This document shows positions 40,991 to 54,230 of a DNA stretch of 64,000 nucleotides, piece by piece (position 1 is the first letter of the stretch; every line of letters starts with the position of its first letter). The notes below the pieces were generated by a model. That model had not been told where the DNA came from, did no database searches, and saw only the letters and a program-made list of their open reading frames with translations. Origin of the DNA: Azolla caroliniana. Lineage: Eukaryota > Plantae > Polypodiophyta. Location: contig JBHGNT010000013.1 in the NCBI GenBank assembly GCA_043228905.1, positions 18,724,001-18,788,000 of the forward strand, written 5' to 3'. The translations under genes and the position numbers were made by a program.

Positions 40991-41339
40991 GTCTTTTCTT
41001 GTAGTTGATTTTCTTTCCATAATTACTCTTATCATAACCAAATGACCCATAGTGGAGTGTTTGGTCTAAACCATGTTTGTCCCAAGTGCTTGTTTATTTC
41101 TACTTTTAGTCCATGCACTTGCGTTTTGCTTCATGATAGTGTTACATAATTTATCAATAGTTGAGATCACAATGATTGTGTGTTGAATTTATGTTATGAG
41201 TCTACACACAATAATTATAAAGTCAAATTGCTCCTCTCCATTCGACAAATAGGTGGAATGTATGTTATGAGTCTACATTTCAAGTGGGTTGGAATAGCTA
41301 TGTATGTTTGAGAGTCAATGCAACCAATGTGATACACAA

Positions 41340-41640
41340 GGACGAGAAGCGAGATTGATGCTATTTAATGCTATGATGGCCCAAGTGTTGCTTTATGGAG
41401 TGGAAGTGTGGGGTGGAACTCTTCACTTGGTGCATTTAATGAAATATTGACAATGAATTGTTTTGTTAGATTACATTGTCAATTGGGGTTAAAATCCTCA
41501 ACATCATGTTCTATCATGTTGTTAGAAATAAGTGCAAAGAGCATACAAGTATATCACAAAAGTCAAGCATATATTTGATCATATACTATCAAAACAAGCT
41601 TCAAATTTAGGATGCAAGCTACAAAAACTAATAAGAACAA
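41340..41640 (+). mobile_element. Decayed LINE RT C-terminal fragment
   Basis: LFNAMMAQVLLYGVEVWG motif. Confidence 0.65.
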
Positions 41641-42203
41641 AATCCTCCTTCTTAAGGAATCACATATAAGATGATATGTTGATTTGGTTCCATAAGTCAA
41701 ATTTAGCTTCAACATGGATGATAAAATATCTACTCTATTCTATTCTATGAATTTCATTTGCAACGTTCATTTACTTAAGTTCTTAAGTATTGAAGCCACT
41801 TACCACATGAACAAACATTCATTAGTAATGCTAAATTTGTATATGTTTATCCAATGTCTAATTTCTCTTTGTATTAGTTTTTTAACAAGAAAATATATGT
41901 TAATTATATATATCACAAAGACAAACTCCTTAGGGAGAGAATTAATATAACATAGACCATCGTTTTTGTGTCAATTTTGTGGCATATACTTAAGAACTGG
42001 TTATACTTTAGAGCATTGTTATGTATTGTGACGAAGGTATGCAAAACAAGATATTAGATTCATGATGTTGCATTGATATTCTAATAACTCATCGATAATG
42101 GGCAAGTCAATCAAGATAATAGAAAAAGAGAGAATTTCCTATGGGAGAGGCAAAAGGAACCTCAAGTGTCAAGTAATGTGAAAATGTGTATGTATATATG
42201 AGA

Positions 42204-43111
42204 GAGAGGGATGATAAAAGTGAGCACCAAGTTTCGATCCATAATGCAAATATTTTTCGTTTTTGATGTTGGTAGTAGATAATTGGGAATAATTGATACC
42301 ATGAATGCTATAAAGAAGTGAAAGATAGCATAAAGCTTAAAATTTTAAATATAAAAGGTCATTTTCACGTATTACTAAAACCATTCCCTTATATGTTTTT
42401 GGGAACTTCTTCATAGTTACGGCGCACCATGCACTGGCATGCAGCCAAGTCTATGCATGAATATTATTCCCTTTCAAAGAGGAATGTTATTGGGGTCACT
42501 CAAAGTTGTGAAGACATTTTCCAACCATGCATGGAATTGCCTTTTAAAGAGTTTTGCTCTCTCAATGTTGTGGACTCTATTTCTGGCCATGAATGACATT
42601 CACATTTAAAGAGCATCCATATCACTCTCATTCAAAGTTGTGGAAGCATTATTTTGGAGCAAAAAAAATGTTTGTGCCGTCAAGTAGTAAAAACAAGTGT
42701 GTATAGGTGAGAGGGATGATAAAAGTGAGCACCAAGTTTCAAATCACAATGCAAAAGTTTGTGGTTTTTGATGTTTGTTGCAGATAATTGGAAAATTATT
42801 GATACCATGAATGTTTAAAGAAGTGAGACTGGGCATAAACATAAAATTTCTAATATAAAAAGTCATTTTCTCACCATTTCCTTATACATTTTTGGGAACT
42901 TCTTCATAGTTACGGTGATGCCAAGTCTACGCATGATAAAAAAGCCATGCAATCACTCAAAGTCACTCAAAGTTGTGAAGACATTTTCCAACCATTCATG
43001 GAATTGCCTTATAATGAGTTTTGTTGTCTCTCAACTTTGTGGAATATTTTTATGGCCCATGAGTATCACTCTCACTCCAAGTTGTGAAGCCATCTTTTTG
43101 GAATAAAAAAA
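42204..43111. repeat. Diverged ~450-500-bp tandem duplication
   Basis: gagagggatgataaaagtgagcaccaagtttc...ctcaaagttgtgaagacattttccaacc at 42204 and 42709. Confidence 0.85.
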
Positions 43112-43564
43112 GTTGTGGTCATTTTCTTCGGTGCCCTTAAAACCTATTGGGCAAGATCTGAACCCACAATCTTTCTTTCTACTTATTGAATTTTAGGAAG
43201 GTAATCTCATAATATTACGGGACAAGTTTCATGTGGCCATTTGTTTCCCTTCAAACTTTGCATTAGCTCATAATGTCTTCCATTGCGATAGTATTGATTT
43301 TGATTGATTGGCAAGAATGTTTGAACAAAAGTGTCCAAGTAAGGTTCTATCGATAGTAAGTAAATGATCCCATTTTGATGATAGGAATGCATGCTTATAA
43401 AAAGCGAAAGTGTACATACACATAATATACACAAGACTAAGAGATATAAAGAGATGCAAAGAAAGAGATCTATCTTCATTTCGCTGGGTGATGAGACTTC
43501 TCGAAACACTAGGATTTACTTGCGACAATGGGGACTTCAATATGCGCAACATTGTCTGCCATAT

Positions 43565-43740
43565 GTAATAAGCGTTATCCTAAATACTTCAATCAATATG
43601 TACAACATTGTTTGTGTACATGTAGTGAGTGTTATCCTAAAGACTTCAATATTGTCCTCTATATGAAGTAAGTGTTATCCTAAAGACTTCAATATGTACA
43701 ATATATGTCCTCTATATGTAGTTGAGTGTTATCCTAAAAC
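43565..43740. repeat. ~40-55-bp tandem repeats 3' of the DnaJ gene
   Basis: gtgttatcctaaagacttcaatat repeated about four times. Confidence 0.8.
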
Positions 43741-43841
43741 CAGGAACTTGGATGTAACCGGGGATACTACTAGTACTTACTAAGCAAGAAAACCAGAGAC
43801 CCTCGAGACTATGGATGGAGCCAGGGGTCAGAGGAATCCTG

Positions 43842-44507
43842 CTAAGAGGAGTACCTTGCACGAGCATTGGCACCCCAGGATGAAGAGGGTCTCTGGCGTT
43901 GCTTGAGCATGTTGATTTGTGCCTCCCACTGGAGCTTCCATGCCCAAGAAGCCTCCGTACCGGCTTCCGGTGTCCCCATGTCCGTGGTTTTCTGGCCCCG
44001 GCTCCGGCTTTGCCAAGCCCGCAAGCCCGATCCGAAGTGGTCGGTGCCTTTGTGTAGGGCTTGGGCACAGAAGGGGTGGAGGATGCAGAAATCATAGTCG
44101 GCACGACGGGCGGGATCCGAGAGCACCTCATATGCCTCTTGTGCCGCCATGAATTTCTGTGTGCATGACTCAATGTCCGAGGCCGAGGCCGAAGATGACA
44201 TCAAGCACACATCCGGATGGTATTGTAATGCCATTCTTCGGTAAGCCGATTTGATGCCCGAGAGGCTCGCGTCTTGGTCGACCCCTAGGACCGCATACAA
44301 GGACTCGTGGGTGGAGGAGATCAAAGATGGTGCCGAGCTCCTCGAAGAAGAAGATGATGAAGAATAGGCAGAGGTGGCATGGAGAAAGAGGCGAGTACTA
44401 CGGGGCCGACATGTGGGGATGGCTCGTTGTCGGTTCCCCAAGTAGGTATGTGTGGTGGTGCAAGGGACAACCAAATTGAGATAAGAGGAGGAGGATATGG
44501 TGGCCAT
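43842..44507 (-). CDS. Chloroplast type-III J-protein, J20 (DJC26)-like
   Basis: Intronless. Ser/Arg-rich transit peptide, J-domain (LYAVLGV...IKSAYRRMALQYHPDV...AYEVLSDP), and a C-terminal WEAQI..LKQR...SWGA.AR motif typical of J20. Confidence 0.9.
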   Translation of the reverse strand: MATISSSSYLNLVVPCTTTHTYLGNRQRAIPTCRPRSTRLFLHATSAYSSSSSSSRSSAPSLISSTHESLYAVLGVDQDASLSGIKSAYRRMALQYHPDVCLMSSSASASDIESCTQKFMAAQEAYEVLSDPARRADYDFCILHPFCAQALHKGTDHFGSGLRAWQSRSRGQKTTDMGTPEAGTEASWAWKLQWEAQINMLKQRQRPSSSWGANARARYSS

Positions 44508-44743
44508 GGCAAGCTAACCAAAACAAGTTTGAAGGAAATTTTTGTGAAGAAATGTGTGTGTGTGAAAGATAGGGAGAGAGGTTAATAGAGGCCAAGAGGC
44601 AAGAGATCTGTTACTATAGTATAAGTTTATCTATCTATCTATCTATATATATAGACATGTGTTGTAAGAAAACTTTTCCTTATCCACTTGCCACGCAATC
44701 TTTCTCTCTTTTGACTGATTTGCACTCACACATCCACTTGTTA

Positions 44744-44780
<37 letters not shown>

Positions 44781-44904
44781 CGACCCATCCCTTCCCAATG
44801 TCTCTCAATAAATATGCTTGCAAACGAATTGATTATGTGATTTTGTAGCTCCATTTATGCAAAGTTTGAATAGGAAGAGATGGTGCAAATATGTCTCCAT
44901 GGTC

Positions 44905-45596
44905 TATTGAAATGGTTTGGCCCGGTTACAAGCAATATCATCACGGGAGACGTATCACGGTCATTCTCCAACATATAATCATTGTTGTTCCATATAGAGA
45001 ATTATATTGCTAACAAGCATTTGGTTTAGAATGTTAAATATTTTACTCCAATTTAAACAACGGTCCGGATGACCAAAGCTTTGAACACCGAGACATTTGA
45101 AACAGGTAATAGGTTGCATTCCCTTATTGATAATTACGTGTGATGTCAAGAATGAACTTTTTTGAATGAACTTTCAAGAGCCTATCACACATGTGTACAT
45201 GATTTTTAAAGACACCACTAAAAAATGCAGTTAATATTTTGAAGATTAAATATTGAAATGGTTTGGCCCGGTTACAAGCAATATCATCACGGGAGACGTA
45301 TCACCGTCATTCTCCAACATATAATCATTGTTGTTCCATATAGAGAATTATATTGCTAACAAGCATTTGGTTTAGAATGTTAAATATTTTACTCCAATTT
45401 AAACAACGGTCCGGATGACCAAAGCTTTGAACACCGGGACATTTGAAACAGGTAATATGTTGCATTCCCTTATTGATAATTACATGAGATGTCAAGAATT
45501 ACCTTTTTTGAATGAACTTTCAAGAACCTATCACACATGCGTACATGATTTTTAAAGACACCACTAAAAAATGCAGTTAATATTTTGAAGATTAAA
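44905..45596. repeat. Near-perfect 346-bp tandem duplication
   Basis: Units 44905-45250 and 45251-45596 differ by only a few substitutions. Confidence 0.95.
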
Positions 45597-46221
45597 AATT
45601 TAACCGACATTTTTTCAATTTAAATACAAATTTATCCGATTCTTAGATAAGATGACGGGAATGCATCCAATTATAATTGTAATATGCTTCATTGTATAGA
45701 ATGTTAAATTCGAATCCAACTTAACAAATTTAGAAATGCAATTATGTTACTATATTTGTCTCTAAAATTTATAAAGATTGATATGTCGAGTTTGTAAATA
45801 GGATCTATGGATATAATTAGAAAAAATTTCGCAAAAGAATATCTCATGAGCGCATGCAAAAAACCACCACAAACATTATATGTCAATCATACATGAACAA
45901 CCTGAATGCATTATCATATGAGCAACCATCTTGATTTAATATTATTGTGTTTACTCGAAACTAGTTTACCAAGATTAATGACAACATAAATCATATAATA
46001 AACACTAAGTTCAATTATATTAATCGAGAAACAATTATAACCAATATTTATCATACAATTGATAAGTTAAAATCATATTTTCAATGGAGATTATACTTAA
46101 CCACATACTCTACAAGTCAACCTTTGTAACATATGATAGACACATTGAGTTCGAGACACCGGTAGGATAGATTAAAGAAATTATACTCAAACGAAAAGTT
46201 CTTATACTTCAAAACAATATC

Positions 46222-47708
46222 TCAGTTACCAATACAAAGAATTATTAGGAGGTCTGGAACAAGCTGCTCTCCAAGATCAACTGGCTGTTGTGTCATATCC
46301 GCTTGTTCCGTCTGCTTAGCTGAATCTTTTGTTTGTTCAGACTCTAGTACATCCTCGAGGTCGACAAGGTCCCCTCCATCTTCATCTATAGGTTCCATCG
46401 GTTCTCTGGAGGTCAACTGAAACATCTCAGTTTCATTGATATGCTTTGCCTCAACCTCTTGGTCTTGGTTGAGACAATCCCATATACCTTGGATCCTCAA
46501 TTTAATAAAATTAACTTGTGAGGGGTCCTTCTCCAAGGAGAAAGAGTTCCTGAACAATTTCAGAGCACATGCAATCGTTGCTCCTGAATAAACAATCGTA
46601 AATGCGTAAGTAAGAAAAGAAAGTTGAGAAAATCAATTTTATTTTAAGATAAATTGATCATACTAATAAGAATACCTATTCCAAAGAATAAGTTGAGCAC
46701 CCAATCATCAAGGTTGGAGAACAACTCGATCAATCGATTTATTAAACGCTGCCCGACTTTTGGAACAACTAGACACTTGTCGCCAGAAACATGACGTAAC
46801 TTCTTCGTCATAGCTAGGCATATGATATAATTTATGACGTTTTGCTCATTCACATGTGCTCGAGCCTTCTTCTTAGAAATTGTGTCGTAGTACCCCATGC
46901 ACAAATGCTCCACAACGCTCACCATTTGATTGCTTGGGGTACGAGTTATAGTCGTCTCAACCCTATTTGTAATGGAATGGAAATAAGTCAATATCGATAT
47001 AGTAAGTACAATTGAAACCATATATAAAATAGAAACAACTTAAAGCTTACCGATGCATGTGTTTAGTTGCATGGCATCTTGACTTGAATGCATTGTTGAC
47101 TGATAAAGCCTGACCCATACTATGAAATATCACAATTCGCCACAATGGAGCTAGGGTTAGCTCTGCAAAGTCCTTCACCATCTTTTCTATCTGAGGATAT
47201 TTATAAGGCACGTCGTCGTATGTGGATCCCGTTATTCAAAACCTGTATGGTATGTCCGCGACAAGCAATGTATAATGCCTCTTGGGTAATATGTCAAGCA
47301 TATTACCCACATCACCATTATATACACTATAATACCATTAGCGGAAAGGATCAACCTTGTGTAGAAAACTCTTCACTATATTCGAGTCTTCGGGCACCTC
47401 TAGCTCCTTTCCTTTTGTCATTCACTTTTCATACTTCGCTCATTCCAAATGAGTGATGAATGCACTTGGAATGCCTTCATTACTATCACCCAATTTTTTG
47501 GAGCGAGGTGGTTTCTGCAATTATAAGCTTTATAAGAAAATGCGCATTATCCTTAAAATCAACTATATAAGATATAATCACACATACCCATTCTCTAAAT
47601 ACAATGAAAAATTCTTCAAGAGCCTTGTAAGATGATGTTTTTGGGCGCGGATGCTCCACTTCTTCCCACGTAGGCAGGGATAGCTTTTTCATCATTAGCT
47701 CTTGTATC
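46222..47708 (-). pseudogene. 5'-truncated second copy of the ParB-MTase gene (beta-class methyltransferase part)
   Basis: Four exon remnants homologous to exons 3-6 at 57640-55255. Motifs LLVADIPY (47256-47245) and RLIELFSNLDDWVLNLFFGIG|ATIACALKLFRNSFSLEKD. Contains stops and frameshifts; cut by the Copia LTR. Confidence 0.8.
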
Positions 47709-48283
47709 TATTGGGAATTCAGTCCCTCCGGATGGGATCCGGAGGAGCCGGATTGGACGATGCCGAAGGAAGGAACTGGACTAGATAGATCCAGTGTGAA
47801 CTAGACCAAGGGACATATATGTAAATATGTTTCTAGTGTGCCTGTCATGGCCATATTTCCATTTTGTCATTTCTCTCCACAAAAACTAACAAATCCTTCC
47901 ATTTTCCTTTAAAGTATTGTTGTTTCAGAAAAATCATATCTTCATTACCCGTGAAGGAGTCATATTGACCTTTTAGAATTGAGATAAGCATCGACCAAAT
48001 TTCCTTCACACAATGAACATGATTTTGCTTTATTTGCTAAAACACATTTTGGCATCATCCTATCCAAATATTCCATAGAACCACCTGTCGAATACGAGTG
48101 TATAATGACAGTATTCACACTGTCCCTTTGGACAGCCCAAGTTTGGGCTATTTTTGTAAATAGTATAAAGGGCAATTGCCCTAGGACAGTCACTATATAA
48201 AGTGACTTTGTAACCTTTAGAAAAGGTTGGTTGTCATTCTTTGTAACTGTTGTTATTGGAATATAACGATTTGTTTGTGCCTA

Positions 48284-48325
<42 letters not shown>

Positions 48326-48407
48326 TATCTTGCTTATGCGCATACACAGGTTCTTTATCAAACAGAATGTTGCTTGCACTTCCGCATTGACGGCCTTGTC
48401 CCCAACA
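47709..48407 (+). repeat. Copia 5' LTR
   Basis: TATTGGG...CCCAACA; TATA-like ctatataa at ~48193; internal (TG)n. Confidence 0.8.
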
Positions 48408-48409
48408 TT

Positions 48410-48421
48410 TGGTATCAGAGC
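48410..48421 (+). other. Primer binding site (tRNA-iMet)
   Basis: TGGTATCAGAGC 2 nt after the LTR end. Confidence 0.93.
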
Positions 48422-49090
48422 ATTGGAGGTTCTTCAACCCGCTGCCGGCCGTCATCGTACACCACAACATTTTGTTTTTTGTAACTTCTTGAAGAACAGA
48501 GAAGAGAGAAGACAAACAAGAAGTTTGCATCTCACTGTGTTAAATCACTAATTGGAGTAAGCTAGCCGGTTGTACTCTGTTCCTATGATTGTAACCACTT
48601 GAGGTGAGCTCCCTGAGCAACACCTGACCCAATTGTGCTTCATTCAGTTAAACGACATCCGAATAGGTCACCGGACGCTATTCACTCGCTTGTTGTAACC
48701 ACCCGCTGCAGATTGGTCTCTTGGCAACAACCAAATTCGTGCTTCATTTGGTTGATCGACATTCGGGAGGATCAGTTGGATCAGTCCCTCTCATCGCTGC
48801 AGTCACCCGAAGCAGAATCCACCCAAACAATCGGTTTCTTGTAATCGGTATTCGGCATACAATCAGAAGCTAACCGGACTCACTCCGACTCGAAAACATT
48901 CGGGAAGACCAACCGGTTCTGTCCCTCAAGTTACTGGAGTCACTCCGAGCAAGTTCAGCAACAAGTATCAGAAACCAAACCGACTCGGGTTCAAAACTGA
49001 CTAGAACGATATCGAGTGAGCCGACCGGTGCACCCCACTAAGGTTCGTAGTCAACTCCGAACCGAGTCTTACCAACCGAAACCGAAGTAG

Positions 49091-52000
49091 ATGGCATCAA
49101 CATCCGGCTCATCGGAGATGAGTCTAAGGAGGTTTGACGGTTCGAACTTCAACTTCTGGAAGGAACAAATGCAGGACTATCTCATAGTCAAGGGTCAGAT
49201 AGACCCGATTGAGAATGAAAATCCTCTAGAAGCATACAAGGCAAACAAGTGGCTAAAGCTGGACAGAATTGTCCGCGCCATGATTTGGATGCACTTGTCG
49301 GAGTCAGTGTACTTCACAGTGCAATCATGCACGACAGCTTTTGAACTTTGGAAAACACTGCCGGAAACGTATGAAAAGAAGGTCACGGCAACGAAGACGT
49401 ATCTGATCCGGCGCCTCTACAACTTGAGGATGAAAGAATCCGATTCGGTTCAGGCACACCTCAACGAGTATGAAAGCATAAGCTCCCAAATCTTGTCTCA
49501 GGGGACGACAATCGAGTATGAACTTAGAGCAATGATACTCATGAGTAGTCTCCCCTCTTCATGGGAAACTTTCGTTAGAACCGTGTGTAATGCTTCAACA
49601 ACTGCCGTTAAGTACTCTGAAGTCACAAGCGCAATCCTAACTGAAGCAACTCGGAGAAAGTCTTCACCAGAGACTCGGCAGATGAAGCTTACATAGTACA
49701 AGGTTCGACCGACCGATCGATCGAACAACCGAGGAAGAAGTTCTTCCTGATCGCCGAACAATCAGCGAAGCCGGAGCAAGTCTTGGGACAATAGAATCTG
49801 CAACTATTGCAAGAAACTGGGACACATCAAAGCCGACTGCCGGGCACTTAAAGCAAAAACCGACAAACCTCAGAGAGCGGATCAGAAGAGTAGCCGGCAT
49901 GAGGAGGTCAACTACATCGACTCTTCAGCCGAAATTTTGACGACCGACCCAAACATATTGTCCATAGAGAACCCAGTCGAATCAGAAGTTCTACTTATGA
50001 CTGAGGAATCAAGCACATGTTTCCTGGACTTGGGCGCATCGTATCATGTAACACCTTACCGATCTCAGTTTCGGCAATACTCGGACCGGCACTCCGACTC
50101 AGTTCGAGTCGGAAACTCCCAACACTGTGTTATAATCGGAATCGGCACCATAGAGCTCAACCTTCCGGGCGGCTTTACTACACAACGTCCGACATGTTCC
50201 TGAGCTCTCAAGACCCTTGATCTCAGTTGGACAGCTTGACGAAGCCGGCATCCGTGGCGGATTCTCATTAGGAGGGTGGACACCACACAAAGGGAACCTC
50301 CTGCTTGCTCGAGGACCAAAGGTACATTCCTTGTATCCTTTATATGTCACACTCAAAGAGGGTGACTTATTTTTGGTTGATATCCCCGTGTCATCGTTAT
50401 GGCACGGACGACTTGGACACCTCAGCAAGGCTGGTATAACGCACCTATCTACAGCCGGTTACATCCCCATACTCTCCTTCTCAGATCACCAATTCTGCGA
50501 GCATTGCTAGTACGGTAAACAGGTAGCCGCAACACACCCGACATCAGCACCAAGAGAATCGAGTCCCCTCGATTTGGTCCACTCGGATGTCTATGGCCCG
50601 ATGCCACATCAGTCTCTCGGTGGTGCTTCGTACTTCGTCAGTTTTATTGACGACTTGACTCGAAAGGTGTGGGCTTACCCCATCAAAACCAAAGATCGGG
50701 TGTTCTCGATCTTCTCCGAATGTCTTGCAATGGTCGAAAATCAGACCGGTCAGAAACTGAAACGTCTCCGAACTGACAATGGAGGAGAATTCAAGTTTGA
50801 AGAATTCGTCAAATTCTGCCGGGAACAGGGCATTCGACGTGAATATACGGCACCCTATAGTCCGGAGCAGAATGGAATTGCTGAACGCATGAATCGGACG
50901 ATTCAAGAACGCGTAGTATCCATGCTCGAACACTCCGGACTGTCAGATGGCTTTTGGGCAGAGGCTCTACTTACGACAGTACACATAATGAATATGTCGC
51001 CAAGTAGACCTCTATGACTTCAAATACCTCAGGAAATATGGATCGGCAGTAAGCCGAATTATGACAAGCTGAGGATCTTCGGTTGCGAGGCATACGCCTT
51101 CATACTGAAAGACGATCGCCGGAAACTCGAACCAAGATCAAGGAAATGCGTTTTCCTTGGGTATGGACCCGACGGTGAGATCGTATACCGACTCTGGGAC
51201 CCTGAGCACAGACAAATCGTCTGAAGTTCGGACATCGTGTTCAATGAGTTAGCTAAGCATAAAACGGCCGAAAGGCCTATTGAAGTCTGAAGGGTAATAT
51301 TTTCCGAAGTGCCAACCCTTCATGACGGCCCAACCGACAACACGAGATCGGTTTCATGGGTAATCGACAACTCTTGAACCGAATCCACCGATTTGGCACA
51401 GTCGAATGGCTCGGCTCCCGACCATCCGACATCGACACTCGGTGCGACTAGTCCAGTCATACCTCGCAGATCCGAGAGATTGTCGCAACCTCTGGAGAGG
51501 TACTCTCCCAGAATTTTGTTTACCGACACTGGCGGACCGACGTCTTACGAAGAAGCATCGGCATCTGCCGATTCAGCCACATGGCATCTAGCGATGGAGT
51601 CGGAAATGCACTCCATTCGGGCAAACAAGACTTGGGACTTAGTCGAATTACCGAAGAATCGACGTGCTCTTCCATGTAAGTGGGTCTATCGACTAAAAGA
51701 GACATCCAACTCGACCAACCCAAAGTACAAGGCCAGATTAGTTGCGAAGAGATTTAGACAAGAATATGGCGTCGACTTCGATGAAATCTTTTCACCAATG
51801 GTGAAAATGACGACCCTTCGTTTCATGCTCGGTGTCGTGGCCGCCAACAACTCGGAGCTAATTCAGCTAGATGTAAAAACGACATTCCTCCACGGTGACC
51901 TAGAGGAGGAAATCTATATGGAGCAGCCGAAAGGCTTTGTGGCATCCAGCCAGGAACATCTAGTCTACCGACTCAGGAAGAGTCTCTACGGCCTGAAACA

Positions 52001-53111
52001 GGCACCCCGACAGTTGTACAAGAAGTTCGACAAACTCATCCAATCGGTCGGCTTCTCAAAGAGCGATGAGGACCACTGTCTCTTCACCAAAACAGCTCAA
52101 GACGGGTCTCCCGTCTTCCTCATCATCTACGTGGACGACATGCTACTCTCCGGTCTGCATGCCGGAGAGCTCACCGAACTCGTTCAGAAACTGCAGTTGA
52201 AGTTTGCCATGAAGGACCTCGGTCTGGCAAGACACATACTTGGTATGAAGATTAGTCAACATCGCGAGAAACGACAACTTTTCTTGTCTCAAACCGACTA
52301 CATCGGACATGTCTTGGAACGCTTCAACATGCACTCGACCAAGTCTGCTTCGATCCCACTCCCCATTAACCTTCGGCTGTCTCAGCGAGATTGCCCGACA
52401 TCCGGTCCAAAGGGGGAAGATATGAAGTCGGTACCGTATGCATCGGCAGTCGGCTCCCTTATGTACGCGATGGTCATGACATGGCTTGATATTTCCCATG
52501 CCGTAGGAGTCGTCAGCAAATTCATGCACAACCCCGGCCGATCGCACTGGAACGCAGTCAAGCATGTGTTCAGATATCTAGCTGGCACAAAAGACCACGA
52601 CATTCTTTTTGGCCCGAACTCAACCTCAAGCGTAGTCAGTTACACCGACTCGGACTTCGCTGGCTGTGTGGACAGTCGGAAATGAGCAACCGGATATTGT
52701 TTCAAATTCGGAAATGGAGCAATCTCGTGGAAGTCAAAACTTTAGGAGTGCATAGCCACCTCAACGATCGAAGCGGAATATGTAGCTATGTTCGATGCGG
52801 CAAAAGAAGCTTTATGGCTCGGTCGGCTGGCGCACACGTTTCGACAAGTTGACCTTGACTTGGCTCCAGTTGTCTACAACGACAGTCAGGGTGTTGTTGC
52901 TTTGTCAAAGAATCCGGTTCACCACAACGCCTCCAAGCATATCAATGTTCGATATCACTTTGTTTGGGACTGCGTCATTTTAGGGAAAATCGGTCTCGAG
53001 AAAATATCTACAACCGATAATGTCGTAGATGGAATGACCAAGTGTTTTTCGGCGGATCATTTCCGGTCCCTTCGACACCAGATGGGCGTAACGAAAAATC
53101 AGTCTGGTTAA
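49091..53111 (+). pseudogene. Copia gag-pol, disrupted
   Basis: ORF fragments 49091-49696, 49937-50510, 50574-51017, 51393-52685 and 52788-53111, broken by stops and frameshifts. Confidence 0.92.
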
Positions 53112-53204
53112 AATCGGACACATAACACAGGATGGTTTTGGACCATCGACATCAGTTCTTTGAGGACCGGCTTCAGCTCTTCCGACCCGACCGGTTCGGT
53201 TTGA

Positions 53205-53457
53205 CCAAGTTTGGGCTATTTTTGTAAATAGCATAAAGGGTAGTTGCCCTAGGATAGTCACTATATAAAGTGACTTTGTAACCTTTAGAAAAGGTTGGTT
53301 GTCATTTTTTGTAACTGTTGCTATTGGAATATAACGATTTGTTTTTGCCTATCTCTCTCTCTCTCTCTCTCTGTTTATCTTGCTTATGCGCATACACAGG
53401 TTCTTCTTCAAACAGAATGTTGCTTGCACTTCCGCATTGGCGACCTTGTCCCCAATA
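53205..53457 (+). repeat. Truncated Copia 3' LTR
   Basis: Matches the 5' LTR only from ~48138 onward; ends CCCAATA; no PPT visible. Confidence 0.88.
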
Positions 53458-54230
53458 CCATCGACGATATCGTAGCCCATACTGTGGCATCCACATTCAA
53501 CCGATTTGTGCTTGAGTATGGTATGTCCTTAACTTGCCTTCCCCTAGTTTGAAGGGTAAACAATATCTTTTCCCTTTTATAATTATGTTTATCCACATTT
53601 ACGTCCATCCAAAAGACATTTCCCCATGTAATCACATTAGGACCATATGCAACATCAATGAGATGCAACATACGTTTCCAAACAGAACATTCAACCATAC
53701 AGTTCCATAAGGCATGTTGCATTGATTCCAAGTGAAGCCCACAAAAAGAGAAAGTTTTGGTTCCCTCTTCCTTATGCATTCATTCCAAGATTGGAAGTGC
53801 ATAGTGGACACACAACCATTTAAATGTAATGATTTTGCGAGGAATCTGTAGAGCCCACAACCATTTCCAAAATGCCAATACTGAATGCATAGGCCCATAT
53901 TATTATTTAACCATACCTTAGCTGCAACTGGCACAACTAAACTCCTCTTTTGTTGGAATTCCCTACCTAATTTTACAGAGTAGTCAAAGAAAGAAACCAT
54001 CTTACCATTAACATCTCTCCACCACCATTCAGCTGGATCCCACTCTAACTCCAATAAGGGTTTACTATCACAAACCCAAAGATCCCAGGAAGGGTTTACT
54101 TTTTCAGGATGGGGATCAATAATACATACCTTCTGTGTTTTTGCAACCACCCAAATAGGTTTCCACTCCACTAAATTGAGAAGGTCATCCTCCATAGAGA
54201 CCCATTGCAATTTTCCCTCCGAAACTATTA
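53458..54230 (-). mobile_element. L1-type LINE ORF2 3' fragment (zf-RVT)
   Basis: Trp-rich WDPAEWWW...WKWLW...KIITFKWLC...FCG...ES..H.LW.C...VW. Confidence 0.8.

Larger units (their letters stand above)
47709..53457 (+). mobile_element. Ty1/Copia LTR retrotransposon (Tnt1/Tork-like), degenerate and probably chimeric
   Basis: 5' LTR 47709-48407, PBS, gag (FDGSNFNFWK), CNYCKKLGHIKADC knuckle, protease, HHCC plus integrase core, RT (YVDD) and RNase H to 53111; partial 3' LTR ~53205-53457. Confidence 0.93.

Noticed and set aside
43712-44595. Several overlapping alternative ORFs
   Set aside because: By-products of the GC-rich DnaJ coding sequence.
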